64,000 bases of DNA from Demequinaceae bacterium. GTDB taxonomy: Bacteria > Actinomycetota > Actinomycetes > Actinomycetales > JAJYRW01. Below, piece by piece: positions 59,261 to 64,000 of this stretch (the first letter of the stretch is position 1; the number at the start of each line of letters is the position of its first letter). The DNA lies in contig DAHVRJ010000132.1 of NCBI GenBank assembly GCA_027322505.1, forward strand, positions 2,775-66,774, given 5' to 3'. The notes below the pieces were generated by a model. That model had not been told where the DNA came from, made no database searches, and saw nothing but the letters and a program-made list of their open reading frames with translations. The position numbers and the translations under genes are program-made.

Positions 59261-60718
59261 CTAATCCCCTTTTTCCGCGGCCATCCACCGCTCAGTTCGA
59301 TCTGCTGCCCGCGCCTGCCGTGCCTGCTGGATCTGCTCGCGCATCAGGGCCGCGACCGTGCCCGTATCCAGATGCGGAACGACCGGAGCCACCGGCCCAA
59401 CGGTGGAGTCAATTTGGAAACGGGCCACTTGCAGGCTGCGCTGAATCGGCCCTTGATAAATGGAAACCGACTGGATTCGCTCATGGGGCACGACGATCAT
59501 GTGCCGTGTCAGCCGGCCCCGGCGAATCAAAAGTGCCCGGGGCGTGATGCGAAAACCCGTGCGGCGCACCACAAGCGGATCAATAATTCGCACGCGCTTG
59601 GGGGAGGTGGTGAACTCACCTGCCGCGCCACTTCCGACCATCGCGTGATTTAGGACGGCGTCCGTATCGTCGATCTCAAAATCCGGCACCACGAGCCACA
59701 GGGCGCGCAGGGCGTCGTTGAGTTTGCCTACCGGCAGCAGGTCGTTGACCAGCGCCTGGCCCGCGGTGGTGGTTCCGTAGCCGGCCACGTTCATGTCGAC
59801 GCGCCACCACCCATAAAGGCGCCAGAGCAGCGGCTGGGTGAGGCGGATGGCTTGGATCCGGCCCGGCGGCACGGTCTGGCGGCGCTGCTCGAGCAGGCCG
59901 TGGGTGATGCGGACGCCGTCGGGCGAGGTTGCGGCGCGAAAGAACGCACCGCGATTCAGGCGCTGCCAAACTTGTACCGCAATGAGAAATAAGAGCGGAA
60001 GATTGGCCAGTAGCGGCTCGGGGGTGCGGGCGATAATTGCCAGCACCGCGAAAAACACCACCAGCAGTACCGGAAAAATTACTTGACTTGATAGCACGAG
60101 CGAGCCGATGAGTCGGCCGAAGGGTACTTCAAAAAGTTCGTTCTCGGGGGCTTCGGGGGCGGGCGCTTCTTCATCTAGGTCCAGACCCGCTGAGCGCGCC
60201 AGGATTTGATTGCGCAGCCGCTGGGCCTCTCCTTCTTTCAGGTAGGCAATGCGCACCGCGGTGCCGGTGCCTCCAGCGACCTCGACGCGCAGTTCCGCCA
60301 GACCGACCAGACGCGCTAAAAATGGCTGGACAACGTCGACCGCTTGGAGCCGATCCAGCCGGGCTTGGCGCCGGTTGCGCCATAAAACGCCGCTACGCAG
60401 CTGGACCGCTTCCTCGCCCAGGGTGTAGCGAGTAAAGAGCCACGCGAGCCAGGCGACGATCACGCCGATGAGGGCGGCGACGAATATCAGCGCCAAAATT
60501 CCCGTTGCGGAGTTTAAAAAGAAGCGCTCGCGCACATCGGTGGAAAGTTCGCCCACGAACTCCTGGAGCGGCTGGAAGCCGATGATCAAAACAACAGCGG
60601 TGCCCTTCCACGCCTCCACGAGGGGCGAAAGGATGTGGGGGCGCGTCCATTCCGGTTCCGGTTTGGGCCGGGGCGGGGGCGGTGTTTGTTCCACGTGGGT
60701 TCCCAAATCAAATTTCAC
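59261..60718 (-). CDS. PH (bPH_2/DUF304) domain-containing membrane protein, YdbT-like
   Basis: 485 aa with repeated units of a TM hairpin plus a PH-like module (three copies). Confidence 0.72.
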   Translation of the reverse strand: MKFDLGTHVEQTPPPPRPKPEPEWTRPHILSPLVEAWKGTAVVLIIGFQPLQEFVGELSTDVRERFFLNSATGILALIFVAALIGVIVAWLAWLFTRYTLGEEAVQLRSGVLWRNRRQARLDRLQAVDVVQPFLARLVGLAELRVEVAGGTGTAVRIAYLKEGEAQRLRNQILARSAGLDLDEEAPAPEAPENELFEVPFGRLIGSLVLSSQVIFPVLLVVFFAVLAIIARTPEPLLANLPLLFLIAVQVWQRLNRGAFFRAATSPDGVRITHGLLEQRRQTVPPGRIQAIRLTQPLLWRLYGWWRVDMNVAGYGTTTAGQALVNDLLPVGKLNDALRALWLVVPDFEIDDTDAVLNHAMVGSGAAGEFTTSPKRVRIIDPLVVRRTGFRITPRALLIRRGRLTRHMIVVPHERIQSVSIYQGPIQRSLQVARFQIDSTVGPVAPVVPHLDTGTVAALMREQIQQARQARAADRTERWMAAEKGD

Positions 60719-61215
60719 AGGCCCGCCATCTGCGCCTCGCCGCGTGTTGCGAGGCGGTCGCGCAGGCGCGCTGCCTCTTCAGGCAGGAGGCCAGGAATCG
60801 TTGCCTTGGTGGTGGGAGAAGCGGTGTGGAGTTCGACGCTGGCGAGGTTGAAAATTCGCTCCAGCGGGCCGGATTGCACATCAACAAACTGCATGCGGCC
60901 ATACGGCACCACCACGAGCTGGCGGAACAGAATTCCGCGGCGAATTAGCAGGTCGTCTGTGCGTTCGATGTATCCAATTGCCCGCACCTGGCGTCCAATT
61001 AGCCACCATTCCCAAATGCTTATTAGGAACAGGAGCCCCAAAATGGGGCCGCACCAGGCCCAGCCAACTCTGGGGAGTAGCGCAATCACAACCGCGATTG
61101 CGGCGAGCAGGTCTAGCCCGATCGCCACCAGGCGGCGCAGCACAATTAAGCGCCCGGAGACGCGATCCCACGTCACATCGACGGGATCAAAAAGTTCTAC
61201 TTTCTCAGCAGTCAC
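60715..61215 (-). CDS. PH (bPH_2/DUF304) domain-containing membrane protein, YdbS-like
   Basis: 166 aa with one TM hairpin plus a PH-like module. It overlaps the downstream YdbT-like gene by 4 nt. Confidence 0.72.
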   Translation of the reverse strand: MTAEKVELFDPVDVTWDRVSGRLIVLRRLVAIGLDLLAAIAVVIALLPRVGWAWCGPILGLLFLISIWEWWLIGRQVRAIGYIERTDDLLIRRGILFRQLVVVPYGRMQFVDVQSGPLERIFNLASVELHTASPTTKATIPGLLPEEAARLRDRLATRGEAQMAGL

Positions 61216-61220
61216 TTAAG

Positions 61221-61736
61221 TCAGTTTGCCAGTTCTCCCTCGACATCGTCGCTTGGCGGTAGTTGGCAAAACCATTCAACGATCAATCCGGTGACCATTA
61301 GGATCAGCGCCGCCAAGGTGGCGGCGCCCGCAGGCCACACCTGGGCCAGGCGTGCTTCCACCAGCGGAGCGGTGAGTAAAACTAGAAGCGTTGCCCCGTA
61401 CCAGCCGGTCAGCAGCGCACCGGTAATGGTCGCGGCCTGAGCCAGCACGAAGGTGCGCGCCGCGCGCAGCGGATCAACATGGTGTTTGCGCCGTTTGGGC
61501 TCTTCTTTCCCTTCAAGGCGCCGGTCGGTGGCCTCGCGCGCTTCGCGGGTCACCTGGCCCACGGGCCATCCGGCCGCAAACAGGCCCACCGCCAAAAGCA
61601 GCATGACCACCACGGCCATCCACGACACCGGCGGTAGGCTGTGTCCCGCCCGACGCCAAAACATCAGCGCGATCCATGACACCACGCCCGAGGCAGCAAT
61701 GCAGATAACCACTGTGGTGGCGCTGGTGCGCTTCAT
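61221..61736 (-). CDS. DUF3180 domain-containing membrane protein
   Basis: 171 aa with 4 TM helices, in the conserved position downstream of folK. Confidence 0.62.
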   Translation of the reverse strand: MKRTSATTVVICIAASGVVSWIALMFWRRAGHSLPPVSWMAVVVMLLLAVGLFAAGWPVGQVTREAREATDRRLEGKEEPKRRKHHVDPLRAARTFVLAQAATITGALLTGWYGATLLVLLTAPLVEARLAQVWPAGAATLAALILMVTGLIVEWFCQLPPSDDVEGELAN

Positions 61737-61769
61737 TTTCTGATTCCTTGCTCCGCGAAAACCATGGCG

Positions 61770-62972
61770 CTACCGCAACCAATCCAGGGCCATCCATCGA
61801 ATGCCATCGCGGTCCGGTGCGCTTGCTGCCAGTGTCGCAATTGGTCCACCTCCCAGGCCGGGCAGGACACCATTTGGTTCCAGTTCGGCCCAGGGCACGA
61901 GTACAAAAGCCCGCTCATGGGCGCGGGGGTGGGGCAGTTCTAAATCAGCGCTTGCCCCCACCACGTCGCCGAACTTGATTACGTCAATGTCCAAGGTGCG
62001 CGGGCCCCAGTCTTCGGCGCGCTCCCGGCCGTGGGCGTCCTCAATTTCGTGGCCCGCTTGCAGGAGTTCGCGTGGCGTAAGCGTGGTGAGGATGCGCACT
62101 ACGCAGTTATAAAAGTCCGGCTGTTGGGGACCCACCGGCGCGGTACGCGCCAGTGGGGAAACGTCGACAAGTTCGACCTCGGCAATGGCCGCGATATCGG
62201 CAATGGCTGCCGCGAGGGTTTCTTGAGCGGGGCCGAGATTTGCGCCCAGCGCCAGGATGGCCGAGGTGGGATGTTCCGGGCGCTGGTCGAACAGATCGAG
62301 CTCTTCTTCAACTGGAGGCGGCAACGCTGCTTCAGAAGGTACATCGGATTCCAGCGCGGCAGCTGCCGCCGCTTCTGTCAGTTCCGGCGGCGGGGGCGGC
62401 GCCGCGGGGACGGCAGGTGGTCCGGCGGGCGCCGCCGCCATGGCAGGCGGCGCGGATAGCGCGGACGGTTCGGAAGCGTCCGCGGGAGGTTCATCGGCCT
62501 CGGTGGGCAACTCGGCGGGTTCGGCCTTCTCCCCGGGCAGCTCGGCCGCGGCAGACGATTCCGGTTCGAGAGCTGGAACGCTTGCGCCCGAGCGCTGGGA
62601 TGCCGTCCGGTGAATTTTCACGCTCACGTTTTCAAATGGAACTTCAATGGGCGCTTGGGGCTTATGCACGGTGACGTCAACGGCCCGCGCGGCGGGAAAG
62701 CTCAGCGTAACGGCGGCAATTTTTTCAGCCAGTGTCTCAATTAGGTCGACCGCCGGGCCGGTAATGAGATCGTGCACCTGCTCAGCCAGTTCGCCGTAGT
62801 GCACGGTTTGCGATAGATCATCGCCGCTTGCCCCGGCGCGCGCATCCACGTAAACGGTCACATCAACGCGAAACTCCTGGCCCGCAAAGCGCTCGCTTTC
62901 AAAAACGCCATGGTGGCCGTGGCCGGTGATCCCGGTCAGGGTGATTGCGTCGTACTGATCCATCTCACTCAC
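61770..62972 (-). CDS. folB-folK: fused dihydroneopterin aldolase (FolB) / HPPK (FolK)
   Basis: A single 400-aa ORF. The FolB domain is roughly aa 1-122 (GITGHGHHGVFESE). A Pro/Ala/Glu-rich linker spans roughly aa 123-236. The FolK domain is roughly aa 237-400 (ILALGANLG, LDIDVI, PHPR). Confidence 0.88.
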   Translation of the reverse strand: MSEMDQYDAITLTGITGHGHHGVFESERFAGQEFRVDVTVYVDARAGASGDDLSQTVHYGELAEQVHDLITGPAVDLIETLAEKIAAVTLSFPAARAVDVTVHKPQAPIEVPFENVSVKIHRTASQRSGASVPALEPESSAAAELPGEKAEPAELPTEADEPPADASEPSALSAPPAMAAAPAGPPAVPAAPPPPPELTEAAAAAALESDVPSEAALPPPVEEELDLFDQRPEHPTSAILALGANLGPAQETLAAAIADIAAIAEVELVDVSPLARTAPVGPQQPDFYNCVVRILTTLTPRELLQAGHEIEDAHGRERAEDWGPRTLDIDVIKFGDVVGASADLELPHPRAHERAFVLVPWAELEPNGVLPGLGGGPIATLAASAPDRDGIRWMALDWLR

Positions 62973-63942
62973 CTCTCACCGCAGAGTCAGTTCCCGACGC
63001 TCGGGCTGACTTGTCTGCGCGAGTTGATTGATCCGGGCGGGCTGACTGGTCTGCATCAGCTAGAGCTGCGCCGGGACGTTCCGCCCGGGCGGCGCGCAGC
63101 GCCGCACCAACTCGTACCGCATCCAATGATCCCTGAACTTCATGTACGCGCACGCACCAGACCCCCGCGGCGGCCATCAACGCGCTGACAGCGTGTGTTG
63201 CGGCGTCGCGACCGGATGGGGGCACGACTTCGCTGGCATCCCGGGCCAGTAAATGGCCTAAGAAGCGCTTTCGTGAGGCACCGACCATCACTGGGAGCCC
63301 GTGGTTTTGGAGAACGTCCAGGTGCGCCAGCAGCGGCCAGTTATTGGTACCGGCCTTCGCAAACCCCAAGCCGGGGTCTAAAACTATTTGCTCGCGCTGG
63401 ACGCCAGCTGCCGTCAGCGCGGTTATGCGCTGACCCAGTTCACGCGATACATCAAGAACGACGTCGTCATACTGGTCGCGTTTATCCATTTCTTTGGAGT
63501 GGGCCCGCCAGTGCATGGCCACATATGTGACGCCGGTTTCCGCCGCTACTTCGGCCATTGCCGGATCGGCTAAACCGCCCGATACGTCGTTAATCACTGT
63601 TGCTCCGCGCTTCACTGCCTCGCGGGCCACATTCGAACGCATCGTGTCGATGGAGACGTGCGCGCCCTGAGAAACCAGTTCCTCGATGACGGGTAAAACG
63701 CGGTCAATTTCTTGCTCACTTGTGACGCGTTCAGCACCGGGCCGGGTCGATTCCCCGCCCACGTCGATCAGATCGGCTCCTTCATCGAGCAGCCGCCGCG
63801 CCTGGCTGAGTGCCTCACGGGGAGTGAACCAGCGCCCGCCATCGGAGAAAGAATCGGGCGTTACATTCACCACGCCCATCACCAAGGTTCGCTCCAGGCT
63901 CCGCAACTGCGCGGGTAATCCGGCCGGATGCAGCATGCCCAT
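62965..63942 (-). CDS. folP: dihydropteroate synthase
   Basis: Pterin-binding domain (GVVNVTPDSFSDGG, DVGGESTRPG) and an ~45-aa low-complexity C-terminal tail that overlaps the folB-folK start by 8 nt. Confidence 0.93.
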   Translation of the reverse strand: MGMLHPAGLPAQLRSLERTLVMGVVNVTPDSFSDGGRWFTPREALSQARRLLDEGADLIDVGGESTRPGAERVTSEQEIDRVLPVIEELVSQGAHVSIDTMRSNVAREAVKRGATVINDVSGGLADPAMAEVAAETGVTYVAMHWRAHSKEMDKRDQYDDVVLDVSRELGQRITALTAAGVQREQIVLDPGLGFAKAGTNNWPLLAHLDVLQNHGLPVMVGASRKRFLGHLLARDASEVVPPSGRDAATHAVSALMAAAGVWCVRVHEVQGSLDAVRVGAALRAARAERPGAALADADQSARPDQSTRADKSARASGTDSAVRGE

Positions 63943-63945
63943 TGG

Positions 63946-64000
63946 TTACCTGCCGTAAATAAGGCCCATGACCTCCGCCCGAGTGGCGTGGTCGCGCATT
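63946..64000 (-). CDS. folE: GTP cyclohydrolase I, 3' end only (rest outside window)
   Basis: The reverse complement reads ..MRDHATRAEVMGLIYGR-stop, a FolE-type C-terminus. The position upstream of folP fits conserved synteny. Confidence 0.65.
   Translation of the reverse strand, partial: MRDHATRAEVMGLIYGR

Noticed and set aside
62265-62606. Reading the folB-folK linker as evidence of a pseudogene or frameshift
   Set aside because: The frame is continuously open and both catalytic domains are intact and in the same frame. From sequence alone I cannot exclude an assembly indel in this GC-rich stretch, so it is kept as a fusion with a check suggested.

Overview
High-GC, gene-dense chromosomal segment (about 60 CDS, 1 tRNA) from an Actinomycetota genome; mshA and mshD (mycothiol), Lsr2, CarD, ClpC1 and RadA/DisA are all present. 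The backbone follows the conserved actinobacterial core order known from mycobacteria: carD-ispD/F-cysS-rlmB, radA-disA, clpC1 ... lsr2-lysS-panD-panC-(uncharacterised block)-folK/folB-folP-folE. Interspersed are:
- otsA-otsB (trehalose);
- an L-arabinose island (LacI regulator, araB-araD-araA, DeoR regulator, chvE-mmsA-mmsB transporter, mutarotase, lactonase);
- a xylose island (ROK regulator, xylA, xylB);
- glpK, proC, gpmA and several membrane or unknown proteins.
I see no transposase, integrase, phage, CRISPR-cas, restriction-modification, toxin-antitoxin or other recognisable defence genes. I did not find a convincing novel multi-gene system. The most unusual content is non-coding:
- (1) a roughly 0.8-kb gene-free convergent gap between xylB and lsr2 (54036-54841). 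It holds a degenerate ~70-bp-period repeat array, a long imperfect hairpin, five phased 21-bp repeats and an A/T-rich 14-bp repeat block.
- (2) a roughly 0.5-kb gene-free, A/T-richer gap (14643-15171) with a perfect 21-bp inverted repeat enclosing a nested stem.
Other observations:
- two plausible unannotated small membrane-protein ORFs (29 aa and 52 aa);
- two biosynthetic gene fusions (ispD-ispF; folB-folK joined by a ~110-aa Pro/Ala-rich linker);
- a Ser/Thr kinase with a polytopic C-terminus next to a DsbA/MauE pair;
- candidate operators (LacI-type, TTTCG palindromes, ROK, ClgR-like).
Family assignments come from motif recognition in the supplied translations; no searches were run. Coordinates of non-coding elements were counted by hand and may be off by 1-2 nt.
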